Of a stretch of 64,000 bases of DNA, positions 9,570-19,661 are shown piece by piece. The stretch spans positions 64,040-128,039 of the forward strand of contig CAWJHK010000001.1 of the NCBI GenBank assembly GCA_963842695.1, given 5' to 3'. A model generated the notes under the pieces. The model was not told where the DNA came from. It was given only the letters and a program-made list of their open reading frames with translations, and did not search any database. Source of the DNA: an uncultured Chloroflexia bacterium (GTDB taxonomy: Bacteria > Chloroflexota > Limnocylindria > Limnocylindrales > CSP1-4). Position numbers and translations under genes: made by a program. The number at the start of each line of letters is the position of its first letter. Position 1 is the stretch's first letter.

Positions 9570-10441
9570 CGGTCACCCGGATCGGCTTCGCCTACAACCC
9601 GACGATCGAGGCAGCCATCGAGCTGAGCTCGCGCGCAGCGGGCTGGTGCCAGGTGCGCGGAATCGACGAATGGGAGCTTCCATCGGGCGACACGGATGCC
9701 CTCATCCGTGAGCTCGCCACCACCGATGTCCTCGTCGTCCTCGGGGGCGACGGCACGTTCCTGCGGGCGGCGATGGCCGTCGCAGAGGTCGACGTGCCGC
9801 TGATCGGCATCAACCTGGGCAAGGTGGGCTTCCTGTCGAAGGCCGAGGCGGGCGACATGGAGGCCGTCCTCGAGACGATCGTCGCCGGTCGCTACACCCT
9901 CGAGTCGCGGATGGTGCTCGAGGGCCGGATCCGGCGCGGAGCAGCATCCGGGGCGTCGGTGCCGTCCGGCGGACCCGATCCGCAGGACGAGCGGCTCGTT
10001 GCCCTCAACGACATCGTGGTGGCCCGAGGCTCATTGGCTCGGGTCTGCCGGCTCGACGTGGCCATCGACGACACGCACCTCGCAACGTTCATCGCCGACG
10101 GGCTCGTCATGTCGAGCCCGACGGGCTCGACCGGCTACTCGTTCTCGGCCGGCGGCCCGATCCTCGATCCGGGCAGCCGGAACCTGGTGGTGACGCCGAT
10201 CGCGGCGTACCTGTCGGCCATCCGGTCGGTGGTGGTCGGGCCGACCCAGGTCGTCCGCTGCACGGTGGTGGACGCCTTCGAGGCGCTGGTCTCGATCGAC
10301 GGTCGCGAGGACATGCCGCTCGCCGTCGGCGACATCGTCGAGGTCGGTGCGCTCCAGCGGTCGATCCGCCTGGTCGTGCCCGACGGCGCACGACCGTTCT
10401 GGGACCTGCTCCGCCAGAAGGTGGCGCTCCTGCCGTCGTGA
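9566..10441 (+). CDS. nadK: NAD kinase
   Basis: GGDGTFLRAA, NDIVV and STGYSFSAGGPI motifs. The start overlaps the tlyA stop by 4 nt. Confidence 0.9.
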   Translation: MTVTRIGFAYNPTIEAAIELSSRAAGWCQVRGIDEWELPSGDTDALIRELATTDVLVVLGGDGTFLRAAMAVAEVDVPLIGINLGKVGFLSKAEAGDMEAVLETIVAGRYTLESRMVLEGRIRRGAASGASVPSGGPDPQDERLVALNDIVVARGSLARVCRLDVAIDDTHLATFIADGLVMSSPTGSTGYSFSAGGPILDPGSRNLVVTPIAAYLSAIRSVVVGPTQVVRCTVVDAFEALVSIDGREDMPLAVGDIVEVGALQRSIRLVVPDGARPFWDLLRQKVALLPS

Positions 10442-12138
10442 ATGCCGGACGCCTGCTCGAGCTGACCGTCAGGGATCTCGCCCTCATCGACCGGCTGCGC
10501 CTGACGCTGGCGCCCGGTCTGAACGTGATCAGCGGCGAGACCGGAGCCGGCAAGAGCCTCCTGATCGACGCACTCGGGCTGGTCATCGGTGCCCGGGCCG
10601 ACACCGGGCTCATCCGGCACGGCGCTGAGAGCGCGGTGATCGAGGCTCTCTTCGACCGCACGCCGGAGCCGTTGATCGTCCTGCGCGAGGTCGCCACCGC
10701 CGGTCGCTCGACGGCTCGCATCGACGACGTGGCGACGACGGCCTCCCGGCTTGCCGACGAGGTCGGTCCGCTCGTCGAGATCCACGGCCAGCACGATCAG
10801 CAGCGGCTGCTCGACGAGCGCTGGCAACGGGACCTGCTCGACGAGTACGGCGGCCACCACGAAGCGCGTCGGACAATGGCCGCGGGGGTCGAACGCTGGC
10901 GGGCGAACCGTGCCGCGCTGGCCGAGCTGGCGATCGACCCGCACGAGCTCGCTCGCCGCGTCGATCTGCTCGAGCACGAGGTCGCCGAGATCGCGGGAGC
11001 GCGCCTGCGGCCGGGCGAGGCGGAGGAGATCAGGGCGCGACTCGCCGCGGCCCAGCATGGCGAGGCGATCGCCCGGGGAGTGGCGGCTGTCCGCGAAGCC
11101 CTCGCCGCCGACCAGAGCGGGGCACGCGACGCGGTCGCTATCGCCGTCCTCGAGGCGCGCGGCGTCGGCCGCCTCGACACCCGTTTCGAGCCGCTGGCCG
11201 ATCGACTGGCCGGTCTCGAGGCCGAGCTCGAGGACGTGGCCGGCGAGATCCGGGACCTGGCTGCCACGGTCGAGCACGACCCGGCAACCCTCGCCAGCCT
11301 CGAGGAGCGGCTGGGCGCGATCTACGCCCTCGAGCGCCGGTATGGCAGCGGCGAGGCCGAGATCGTCGCTCACGGCGAGCGTGCGGCCGAGGAGCTCGAG
11401 CGGTTGGGCCGCCTGGACGACGAGCGGGGACGGCGGGAGCGGGAGGACGCCGCGTTGCTTGCCGAGGTCGCCGCCGCAGGCGCGGCCCTGTCGAGCGCCC
11501 GTTCCGTGGCCGCGACCGCGCTGGGTGACGCTGTCGGGGAGCTGCTCGTGCAGCTCGGCTTCCCGGCCGGTGTCTTCGAGGTCGGGCTCGGCCGGCGAAC
11601 CGCGGCCGCCGACGAGCCGGCCGTCGAGCTCGATGGTGATGCTGTGGCGTTCGATGCCAGCGGCGTGGACCAGGTCGTCTATCGCCTCGCCCCGAACGCC
11701 GGCGAGCCTGCCCGGCCTTTGGCCCGCATCGCATCCGGCGGTGAGCTGTCGCGCGTGGCCCTCGCCATCAAGACCGTTCTGGCGGAAGCGGACGACACGC
11801 CCGTGCTCGTGTTCGACGAGGTCGACACCGGGATCGGCGGCCGCAGCGCAGATCCGATCGGTCGGAGCCTCTGGGCGCTCGCGCGACGGCACCAGGTGCT
11901 GTGCGTGACCCACCTGCCGCAGATCGCCGCCCACGCCGACGCCCAGTATCGGATCACGAAGCGCGAGCGCGACGGGCGGACCGTGACCGAGATCGAGGAG
12001 CTCGACCGAGAGGGCCGGATCGTCGAGCTCGCCCAGATGCTCGGCGGGGACGCCGGCAGCCCGGCCACCCTGGCCAGCGCGCGCGAGCTCCTCGACCGCG
12101 CCGAGGGTTGGCGCGGCGGGGTGGCACGGGCCGGCTGA
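10438..12138 (+). CDS. recN: DNA repair protein RecN
   Basis: Walker A (GETGAGKS), long coiled-coil middle, ABC signature (ASGGELSRVALAIK) and Walker B (VLVFDEVDTGIGG). The start overlaps the nadK stop by 4 nt. Confidence 0.95.
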   Translation: MNAGRLLELTVRDLALIDRLRLTLAPGLNVISGETGAGKSLLIDALGLVIGARADTGLIRHGAESAVIEALFDRTPEPLIVLREVATAGRSTARIDDVATTASRLADEVGPLVEIHGQHDQQRLLDERWQRDLLDEYGGHHEARRTMAAGVERWRANRAALAELAIDPHELARRVDLLEHEVAEIAGARLRPGEAEEIRARLAAAQHGEAIARGVAAVREALAADQSGARDAVAIAVLEARGVGRLDTRFEPLADRLAGLEAELEDVAGEIRDLAATVEHDPATLASLEERLGAIYALERRYGSGEAEIVAHGERAAEELERLGRLDDERGRREREDAALLAEVAAAGAALSSARSVAATALGDAVGELLVQLGFPAGVFEVGLGRRTAAADEPAVELDGDAVAFDASGVDQVVYRLAPNAGEPARPLARIASGGELSRVALAIKTVLAEADDTPVLVFDEVDTGIGGRSADPIGRSLWALARRHQVLCVTHLPQIAAHADAQYRITKRERDGRTVTEIEELDREGRIVELAQMLGGDAGSPATLASARELLDRAEGWRGGVARAG

Positions 12139-12149
12139 CCCGGCGCACG

Positions 12150-13109
12150 ATGGCGGATCTCGCGAAGGCCATCGACGGCTACCTGACGTATCTCGAGGTG
12201 GAACGGGGCCTGGCTCCCGCCACGGTGCGCGCCTATCGCGCCGATCTCCACGACTTCGCGGCATCGCGCGGCGCCGGACGTGGGTGGGACGCGACGCCCG
12301 AGGTCGCCCTGGGCTATCTCGCCGCGCGGACCCGGCGCGGACGCCGGGGCGACCCCGGGCTGGCCCCGAGCAGCCTTCGCCGGCGGGCCGCGTCGCTCAA
12401 GGGCTTCTACCGGTTCGCCTACAGCGACGGCGTGATCGCAACGGACGTCGCCGCCCATCTCGACCTGCCGCGGCCGTCCCGGCTCCTTCCGGAGACGCTG
12501 ACGCTCGACGAGATCGAGCGGCTCCTCGAGGCGGCCGGGCCGGACGACCTGGAGGGTGCGGGCGATGGGACCGGTGGCCCGGCGTCGACCCACGCCCTGC
12601 GGGACCGGGCTCTCCTCGAGCTCCTGTACGCGGCCGGGTTGCGGATCAGCGAGGCGACCGGTCTCGACCGGGAGGACCTGTCGTTCGACGGTGCCTTCGT
12701 GCGGGTCGTCGGCAAGGGCGACAAGGAGCGACTCGTCCCGGTCGGCGAGGTCGCCCTCGACTGGCTCCGCCGCTGGATCGACGGCCCGCGGGGCTTCCTG
12801 CTCGCGCTCGGCCACGTGGCGCCGGCGCGGGGCGGCCCGTTGCTCCTCGGCGACCGTGGCGGGCGGCTGGCGCGGCAGCAGGCGTGGGCCGCCGTCAAGC
12901 GCGCCTCGTCCCGGGCCGGCCTCGCCGAGCGGGTCAGCCCGCACACGCTGCGGCACTCGTTCGCGACCCATCTGCTCGAGGGTGGGGCAGACCTGCGGAT
13001 CGTCCAGGAGTTGCTGGGACATGCGAGTATCTCCACCACGCAGCTCTACACGCACCTGACCGGGGAGCGGATCCGTGACGTCTACCGTCGGGCTCATCCC
13101 CGGGCCTGA
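12150..13109 (+). CDS. xerD: site-specific tyrosine recombinase XerD
   Basis: ORF 11901..13109 trimmed to ATG 12150 (MADLAKAIDGYLTYLEVERGLA...). Catalytic region HTLRHSFATHLLEGGADLRIVQELLGHASISTTQLYTH. Confidence 0.9.
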   Translation: MADLAKAIDGYLTYLEVERGLAPATVRAYRADLHDFAASRGAGRGWDATPEVALGYLAARTRRGRRGDPGLAPSSLRRRAASLKGFYRFAYSDGVIATDVAAHLDLPRPSRLLPETLTLDEIERLLEAAGPDDLEGAGDGTGGPASTHALRDRALLELLYAAGLRISEATGLDREDLSFDGAFVRVVGKGDKERLVPVGEVALDWLRRWIDGPRGFLLALGHVAPARGGPLLLGDRGGRLARQQAWAAVKRASSRAGLAERVSPHTLRHSFATHLLEGGADLRIVQELLGHASISTTQLYTHLTGERIRDVYRRAHPRA

Positions 13110-13127
13110 GATGGAGGCACCCGCCAG

Positions 13128-13883
13128 ATGAGCTATGCCGACGGACTGCTGTCGAGCGGCGAGCGGATCAGCCACCGCGCCAAGCAGCATCCGTTCATCT
13201 TCGTCTGGGGCGCTCGCTGGGCGGTCTTCGCGGTGATCATCGCGGCCCTCACGGGCCTGGTCGGGAGCGGGATCGACTCGAGCGGGGCCAGCGGGACCCT
13301 CCGCTCGCTCCTGACGATCGTGACGATCGTGCTGTTCATCGGCGGCGTCGCGGTCTTCATCTGGACCGTGCTCCGCTACATCAACCAGGAGTACGTGCTG
13401 ACCAACCGCCGGGTCATCCAGGTCGAGGGCGTGCTCAACCGGACTGCGACGGACAGCTCGCTCGAGAAGATCAACGACGCGGTCCTGAGCCAGTCGGTGT
13501 TCGGGCGGATGTTCGACTTCGGGGACCTCACCGTGCTGACGGCGTCGGAGGCGGGCATCGAGAAGATGCGCATGCTGCGCGGACCGATCCGGTTCAAGAA
13601 GGCGATGCTCGACGCGAAGCACGACTACGAGGTCGAGATGGAGCGGTCGGGCTGGGCGCCGAGCCCACCGATCCGGGAGGGCGCACCTGCCGGTGCGACC
13701 CCGGCCCCGGCGACGGCGGCGTCGGCCGGCGCGGTCGCGGCCGGTCCTGCGCCATCCGCGGGATCTGTCGATCCCGACGAGGTCACGCGGACGCTGGCGA
13801 GCCTGGCCGAGCTGCGCGACCGCGGGGCCATCTCCCCCGAGGAGTACGAGCGCAAGAAGGCGGAGCTGCTCGCCCGACTGTGA
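13128..13883 (+). CDS. membrane protein with bacterial PH (YdbS/DUF304-like) domain and C-terminal SHOCT motif
   Basis: Two N-terminal helices, then YVLTNRRVIQVEG...FGDLTVLTASEAG (bPH fold). C-terminus LAELRDRGAISPEEYERKKAELLARL is a SHOCT motif. Confidence 0.75.
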   Translation: MSYADGLLSSGERISHRAKQHPFIFVWGARWAVFAVIIAALTGLVGSGIDSSGASGTLRSLLTIVTIVLFIGGVAVFIWTVLRYINQEYVLTNRRVIQVEGVLNRTATDSSLEKINDAVLSQSVFGRMFDFGDLTVLTASEAGIEKMRMLRGPIRFKKAMLDAKHDYEVEMERSGWAPSPPIREGAPAGATPAPATAASAGAVAAGPAPSAGSVDPDEVTRTLASLAELRDRGAISPEEYERKKAELLARL

Positions 13884-13962
13884 CGAGCAGGACGAGCACC
13901 CGGCGCCCGGTCCGGACCGCGGCCGCTACGATACGCGGGACCCGTAGACCACCAGGTGCCGT

Positions 13963-14634
13963 TTGAACCTTCCTCCGGACGTCATCCCGGCGGCGATCGT
14001 CGTCGCCATCATGCTGCTCATCGGCCTCCCGGTCCACGAGTTCAGCCATGCCCTCGTCGCCTTCCGGCTGGGAGATGGGACGGCGAAGATGTTCGGCCGC
14101 CTGACGCTCAACCCGGTCGCCCATTTCGACCCACTCGGCGGCACGCTCCTGGCCCTGACATTCATCGGCTCGGCGTTCTCCGGGGCCGCGCTCGGCTTCG
14201 GCTGGGCGAAGCCGACACCGGTCAACCCGCTCAACCTCGAGGGCGGACGGCGCGGCGAGGCGCTGGTCGCGGCTGCCGGCCCGATCTCGAACTTCGTGCT
14301 CGCTGCGCTGGGCGCGCTGCCCCTCCGTTACATCCTCGCCAATCCCGACTCGTTCGACCTGAACGGCACGCCCGTGCTCGTGCTGTTCTACTTCGTCCAG
14401 ATCAACCTGCTGCTGATGATCTTCAACTTCATCCCGATCCCGCCGCTCGACGGTTCGAAGGTGCTGTTCGCGTTCCTGGACCGCCGCACCGAGTACCAGA
14501 TCCGACCGATCCTCGAGCAGTACGGGTTCTTCATCCTGCTGGCCGTCCTGCTGTTCCCGCCGGGCAACTCGATCGGGACGCAGATCATCAGCCCCATCCT
14601 CGATGGACTCCTCACACTCCTGGTGGGCGTCTAA
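13963..14634 (+). CDS. site-2 protease family (M50) zinc metalloprotease
   Basis: HEFSHAL zinc motif, multiple hydrophobic helices, and the second motif NFIPIPPLDGSKV. Confidence 0.85.
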   Translation: MNLPPDVIPAAIVVAIMLLIGLPVHEFSHALVAFRLGDGTAKMFGRLTLNPVAHFDPLGGTLLALTFIGSAFSGAALGFGWAKPTPVNPLNLEGGRRGEALVAAAGPISNFVLAALGALPLRYILANPDSFDLNGTPVLVLFYFVQINLLLMIFNFIPIPPLDGSKVLFAFLDRRTEYQIRPILEQYGFFILLAVLLFPPGNSIGTQIISPILDGLLTLLVGV

Positions 14635-15103
14635 GGCCCGCCAGTTCCGGGCGCACCTGCGGGCGAGGGTGTCGCCCCGGGAGCGCACGGCGCTGGAGGC
14701 CTGGACCACGCCCGCCGAGCTCGCCCTGTTCGATTCGATGCATGTCGCCGACCGGCGCCACGGCCTCGACGTCGTCGCCTCGATGCGGGCCGAGGGCGTG
14801 ACCGAAGATGACGCGCTCCTGGCGGGCCTCCTCCACGACGCGGGGAAGGGCGACACGGGAGTCGCGCCGCGGGTGGCGTACTCGCTGGGCAGCCGCTACG
14901 GGTCGTGGATCTGGCGGGTGGCCGCGGTCGTCCCCGGCTATGGGTCGGCACTGGATCGGCTGCATGCGCATGCCGAGACGTCGGCCGTGCTCGCGGCCCA
15001 GGCCGGCTGTCCGCCACGGACCGTCGAGCTGATCCGTAACCAGGAGGCACCGACCGACCCCGACTTCGGCGAGCTGTTGCGGCTCGCCGACGAGGCGAAC
15101 TGA
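14603..15103 (+). CDS. HD-domain protein
   Basis: MHVADRRHGLDV and LLHDAGKGD are HD-superfamily metal-ligand motifs. Overlaps the preceding gene by 32 nt. Confidence 0.7.
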   Translation: MDSSHSWWASKARQFRAHLRARVSPRERTALEAWTTPAELALFDSMHVADRRHGLDVVASMRAEGVTEDDALLAGLLHDAGKGDTGVAPRVAYSLGSRYGSWIWRVAAVVPGYGSALDRLHAHAETSAVLAAQAGCPPRTVELIRNQEAPTDPDFGELLRLADEAN

Positions 15104-16023
15104 TGACGCCTGACGGCGCGGGCGTGCCGGTCGGACCGGGCTCGCCGGTCGGGCCCCCGCTCGTGGCCGGTCCCTCGGTCACGTTCGGCGACGGCCGCCG
15201 GCCGGAGGTGCGCACGCAGGTCCGCCTCGAGGAGTTCGACGGGCCGCTCGGGCTCCTCCTCTCGCTCATCGAGGCCCGTCAGCTCGATGTCCTGACCGTC
15301 CCGCTCGGCGCCCTGGCCGGCGCCTACCTCGAGGCCCTCGCCCGTCTCGAAGCGGACCGGCTGGGCAATGTGAGCTCGTTCGTGGCCATCGCGAGCCAGC
15401 TCATCCTGATCAAGAGCCGCGCGATGCTCCCGCGACGCACCGACCCGGCCGATCCGACCGGACTCCTCGACGAGGCAGCCGATCCCGAGGCAGAGCTCCG
15501 GGCGCGCCTGCTGATCTACAAGGCCTATCGCGATGCCGGCGCTCTCCTGGCCGACGGAGCGCTCGTGCGGATCGGCCTGTTCCGTCGCGAACCGGGAGTG
15601 GCGCATGCCGCGGGTCTGGCCGGCGCACGCCCCGCCGATTCGCCCCCGCTCGACCCCACGCGCCTCCCGGCGGCCCTGCAGCGGCTGGCCGCCATCACCG
15701 TCCCGCCGGAATCCCCGCCAGAGATCATGGGACGCACGATCACGATCACGGAGCGTGCCGAGCTCATCCGCTCCGCGCTCCGCGGCGCCCCGACGGTCGT
15801 CCTCCAGGACCTGCTGGCCGGCGTTCGCGACCGGGTCGTCATCGCGGTGACGTTCCTCGCGATGCTGGAGCTGATGAAGCGGCGCGAGATCGTGGTCGAG
15901 CAGTCCGAGCCGTGGGGCGCGATCGTCGCCCGCGCCACCACCGCGACGGAACGCGCTGCGGCGGGTATCGAGCCGACGGCCGCCGACTCGCCGCTGGACG
16001 AAACCCTGGAGTCGTTCGCATGA
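15103..16023 (+). CDS. scpA: segregation and condensation protein A
   Basis: LEEFDGPLGLLLSLIEARQLDVLTVPLGALAGAYLE is the conserved ScpA N-terminus. Followed by scpB. Confidence 0.9.
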   Translation: MTPDGAGVPVGPGSPVGPPLVAGPSVTFGDGRRPEVRTQVRLEEFDGPLGLLLSLIEARQLDVLTVPLGALAGAYLEALARLEADRLGNVSSFVAIASQLILIKSRAMLPRRTDPADPTGLLDEAADPEAELRARLLIYKAYRDAGALLADGALVRIGLFRREPGVAHAAGLAGARPADSPPLDPTRLPAALQRLAAITVPPESPPEIMGRTITITERAELIRSALRGAPTVVLQDLLAGVRDRVVIAVTFLAMLELMKRREIVVEQSEPWGAIVARATTATERAAAGIEPTAADSPLDETLESFA

Positions 16024-16753
16024 CCGAGCCGTTCGAGCCGACCACGGTCGACGAGCCGGCCGCCGCGGACGACGGCCTCGGGAACGGCACCGCGTCGGTA
16101 GCCCGGCCGCCCGCGGACGCCTGGCCCAGGCCCCCGAGCCGATCGAGCTCACCGAGGTCGCCCTCGAGGCGCTCCTGTTCGTCGCCGAGCGCCCGCTGTC
16201 GCGCCGGGAGATCGCATCCCTTGCCGGCACCGACCGGGCGACCGTCGACGCCCGCCTGGGCGACCTGGAGGTGTCCCTGCGGACCCGCGGCATCCGGCTG
16301 CTCATCGACGGCGACCGGGTCGAGCTGGCGACGGCGCCCGATGGCGGGGCGCTCGTGGCCCGCTACGTCGGTGCCGACGCGACGCGACTGTCGCCGGCCT
16401 CGCTCGAGACGCTGGCGATCGTCGCGTACCGCCAGCCGGTGACGAAGGCCGCGGTCGAGCGGGTCCGCGGCGTCGACTCGGACTACACGATCCGAACCCT
16501 GCTCCATCGACGCCTCGTCGTCGAGCTCGGGCGCTCGAGCGCCCCGGGACGGCCGTTCCTGTACGGCACGGGGTTCGAGTTCCTCGAGCGCTTCGGCCTG
16601 ACCAGCCTGGACGAGCTGCCGCCACTCGATGCCGATGTGGCCGCCCGCCTGGCGGAGGAAGGCGGCGAGCCGGTCACGGACCCGCTGTTCGGGGCGATCT
16701 TGGACGAGGAGTCCGGCACGACCGGCCCGGACGAGGGCGAAGGACCCGGCTGA
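16020..16753 (+). pseudogene. scpB: segregation and condensation protein B, N-terminus out of frame as given
   Basis: ATG 16020 overlaps the scpA stop (ATGA) and reads MTEPFEPTTVDEPAAADDGLGNG... in frame 0. The conserved ScpB sequence IELTEVALEALLFVAERPLSRREIASLAG... starts about 16139 in frame 2, with no ATG/GTG/TTG before GTG 16271. 734 nt is not a multiple of 3. Confidence 0.75.
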
Positions 16754-17634
16754 TGGCGGTCGAGCGGCTCCAGAAGGTCCTGGCGGCCGCCGGTGTGGCG
16801 TCGCGCCGCGCGAGCGAGACGCTCATCGCCGCCGGTCGCGTCACGGTCGACGGCAAACCGGCCCACCTCGGGATGCAGGTCGATCCGGACCAGGCCGTGA
16901 TCGCGGTCGACGGACGCGTCATCGGCGAGAGCGCAACGCCGACGTACCTGCTCCTGCACAAGCCGCCGGGAGTCACCTCGACGGTCCGCGACCGCCACGC
17001 GTCGACGACCGTGCTCGAGCTCATCCCCACCGCGCTCCTGCCCGAGGGCGGACGGCTCTACCCGGTCGGCCGGCTCGACCAGGATTCGGAGGGGCTGCTC
17101 CTGCTCACGAACGACGGGATGTGGGCCGACCGCGTCCTCCATCCGCGGCATGGCGTCGAGCGCGAGTACGCCGTTGGCGTCCGAGCCCCGCTGACCGGCG
17201 ACCAGGCCACTGCGCTGCGGGCCGGGATCACGCTTGACGAAGGACTGGCCACGCTCACCGGGCTTCGACCCCACACCGACCTGGAGACGCGCCGGCTCGC
17301 GGGGCTCATGAAACCGGCGCCGGGCGACCTGACCTGGTATCGAGCGGTCCTGGCCCAGGGCTGGAAGCGGCAGCTCCGCCGCATGTTCGGCGCCGTGGGC
17401 GCCCCGATCGACCGGCTCGTCCGTGTCCGGATCGGCCCGGTGCGGCTGGACGACCTCGCCAGCGGCCGTACCCGGCGGCTCCGGGCACCGGAGGTCCGTG
17501 GCCTGGCAGCCGGGGCGGGGACCTCACGGGCGGGTGCCAAGGGTGACTCCGGGACGCCGGCCGCGCCCGCGGTCGCGCCGCCGACCCGGCGAGCGCGGCC
17601 GCGCAAGCCGCCGGCGTCGAAGGCGCCGCGATGA
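16753..17634 (+). CDS. rluB: pseudouridine synthase, RluB/RsuA family
   Basis: S4 domain (RLQKVLAAAGVASRRASETLIAAGRVTVDG) and catalytic motif GRLDQDSEGLLLLTNDG. Basic Ala/Pro/Arg tail. Confidence 0.9.
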   Translation: MAVERLQKVLAAAGVASRRASETLIAAGRVTVDGKPAHLGMQVDPDQAVIAVDGRVIGESATPTYLLLHKPPGVTSTVRDRHASTTVLELIPTALLPEGGRLYPVGRLDQDSEGLLLLTNDGMWADRVLHPRHGVEREYAVGVRAPLTGDQATALRAGITLDEGLATLTGLRPHTDLETRRLAGLMKPAPGDLTWYRAVLAQGWKRQLRRMFGAVGAPIDRLVRVRIGPVRLDDLASGRTRRLRAPEVRGLAAGAGTSRAGAKGDSGTPAAPAVAPPTRRARPRKPPASKAPR

Positions 17635-17674
17635 GCGAGAAGATGCTGCGACCTGGGCGGCTCGACGTTCGGCC

Positions 17675-19660
17675 GTGACCGGGACGCGCCGCATTCAGGA
17701 GGGAACGCTCCTGTGGACCCCGCCGGCCGACTTCGCCGCAGCCACGAACATCACGCGCTACCTGGAGTGGCTCGAGCGCGAGCGCGGCCTGCGGTTCGAC
17801 GACTACCGGGCCCTCTGGCGGTGGTCGGTCGACGACCTCGAGTCATTCTGGTCGACGATCGTCGACTACTTCGAGCTGCCGGTCCACGGCGACCCCACCC
17901 GGGTCCTTGCCGACCGGACGATGCCCGGGGCGCGCTGGTTCGAGGGCACCGAGCTCAACTACGCCGAAGCCGTCTTCCGCCGGTCGTCTGCCGACCGGCC
18001 CGCGCTCGCCTTCCAGTCCGAGCGTCAGCCGTTGCGGCTGGTCTCGTGGGAGGATCTGGAGGCCTCGGTCGCCGCCGCCGCCGCCGGTCTTCGGCGGCTC
18101 GGTGTCGCGAAGGATGACCGCGTCGCAGCCGTCGTCCCGAACATCCCCGAGGCCGCCGTCGCCATGCTCGCGTGCGCCAGCATCGGCGCGATCTGGTCGA
18201 GCTGCTCGCCGGACTTCGGCATGCGGAGCCTGATCGACCGCTTCGCCCAGATCGAGCCGGCGGTCCTGATCGCCGTCGATGGCTACACGTACGGCGGCAA
18301 GGCGTTCGAGCGCCGCGACGTGATCGACGCGTTGCGCGCAGAGCTGCCGACGCTCCGGCACACGGTCGTCGTCCCGTACCTCGACACCGATGCCCTGCCG
18401 GGACCCGGCATGACCGCGTGGTCGGACCTCCTGGCCGGTCCGGTGGAGCCGCTGGCATTCGAGCGTGTCCCCTTCGACCACCCGCTGTGGGTGCTGTATT
18501 CGTCCGGCACGACCGGCCTGCCGAAGGCGATCGTCCACGGGCACGGCGGGATCGTGCTCGAGCACGCCAAGGTGCTCGGCCTGCACTGCGACATCCGGAC
18601 CGGCGACCGGATGTTCTGGTTCACGACGACCGGCTGGATGATGTGGAACCTGCTCCTCGGCTCGCTCCTCGTCGGCGGTACCGCGGTGCTGTTCGACGGC
18701 AATCCCGGCTACCCGGACCTCGACGTCCTCTGGACGATGGCGGAGGCTGCCGGGGTGACCCTGTTCGGCACCAGCGCGGCGTTCCTGGCCGCGAGCATGA
18801 AGGCCGGCATCCGGCCCGGCGCGGACCACGACCTGTCCCGGCTCCGCGCGATCGGCTCGACCGGGTCGCCGCTGGCACCCGAGGTCTTCGGCTGGGTCTA
18901 CGACGCGGTCAAGGCCGACGTGTGGCTGACCTCGCTGAGTGGCGGGACCGACGTGTGCAGCGCGTTCGTCGGTGGCGTGCCGACGCTGCCCGTCCATGCG
19001 GGCGAGCTCCAGGCCGCTTCGCTGGGGGCGAAGGTCGAGGCGTTCGACCAGGCCGGCAAGGCGGTCATCGGCGAGACCGGCGAGCTCGTGCTCACCGCGC
19101 CGCTGCCGTCCATGCCTCTCTCGTTCTGGAACGATCCCGACGGCACGCGCTACCGCGAAAGCTACTTCGAGATGTACCCGGGCATCTGGCGACACGGCGA
19201 CTGGATCCGGTTCACGGAGCGGGGGAGCGCGGTCATCGAGGGCCGCTCGGATTCGACCCTCAACCGGCAGGGCGTCCGCTTCGGGACGAGCGAGCTGTAC
19301 GGCGTCGTCGAGGCCATGCCGGAGATCCGCGACAGCCTGGTGATCGGGCTCGAGCTGCCGGGTGGCGGGTACTGGATGCCGCTCTTCGTGGTCCTCGCCG
19401 ATGGTGCGTCGCTGGATGACGAGCTCCAGAACAGGATCCGGACGACGATCCGGACGGCGCTCTCGGCCCGCCACGTGCCGGACGCGATCGTGGCCGTCCC
19501 GGCGATCCCGCGGACCCTGACCGGCAAGAAGATGGAAGTCCCCGTCAAGCGCCTGTTCCTCGGCCGAGCGCTCGGTGAGGTGGCCGCTCCGGGTGCGACG
19601 GCGGACCCGCACGCCCTCGACTTCTTCGATGAGTACGCCCGACGAAGGCGAGGGGGCTGA
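17675..19660 (+). CDS. acetoacetate-CoA ligase (acetoacetyl-CoA synthetase)
   Basis: ORF 17423..19660 trimmed to GTG 17675. N-terminus LLWTPPADFAAATNITRYLEWLERERGL is typical of acetoacetyl-CoA synthetases. AMP-binding motif YSSGTTGLPKAIVH. Confidence 0.88.
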   Translation: MTGTRRIQEGTLLWTPPADFAAATNITRYLEWLERERGLRFDDYRALWRWSVDDLESFWSTIVDYFELPVHGDPTRVLADRTMPGARWFEGTELNYAEAVFRRSSADRPALAFQSERQPLRLVSWEDLEASVAAAAAGLRRLGVAKDDRVAAVVPNIPEAAVAMLACASIGAIWSSCSPDFGMRSLIDRFAQIEPAVLIAVDGYTYGGKAFERRDVIDALRAELPTLRHTVVVPYLDTDALPGPGMTAWSDLLAGPVEPLAFERVPFDHPLWVLYSSGTTGLPKAIVHGHGGIVLEHAKVLGLHCDIRTGDRMFWFTTTGWMMWNLLLGSLLVGGTAVLFDGNPGYPDLDVLWTMAEAAGVTLFGTSAAFLAASMKAGIRPGADHDLSRLRAIGSTGSPLAPEVFGWVYDAVKADVWLTSLSGGTDVCSAFVGGVPTLPVHAGELQAASLGAKVEAFDQAGKAVIGETGELVLTAPLPSMPLSFWNDPDGTRYRESYFEMYPGIWRHGDWIRFTERGSAVIEGRSDSTLNRQGVRFGTSELYGVVEAMPEIRDSLVIGLELPGGGYWMPLFVVLADGASLDDELQNRIRTTIRTALSARHVPDAIVAVPAIPRTLTGKKMEVPVKRLFLGRALGEVAAPGATADPHALDFFDEYARRRRGG

Positions 19661-19661
19661 C

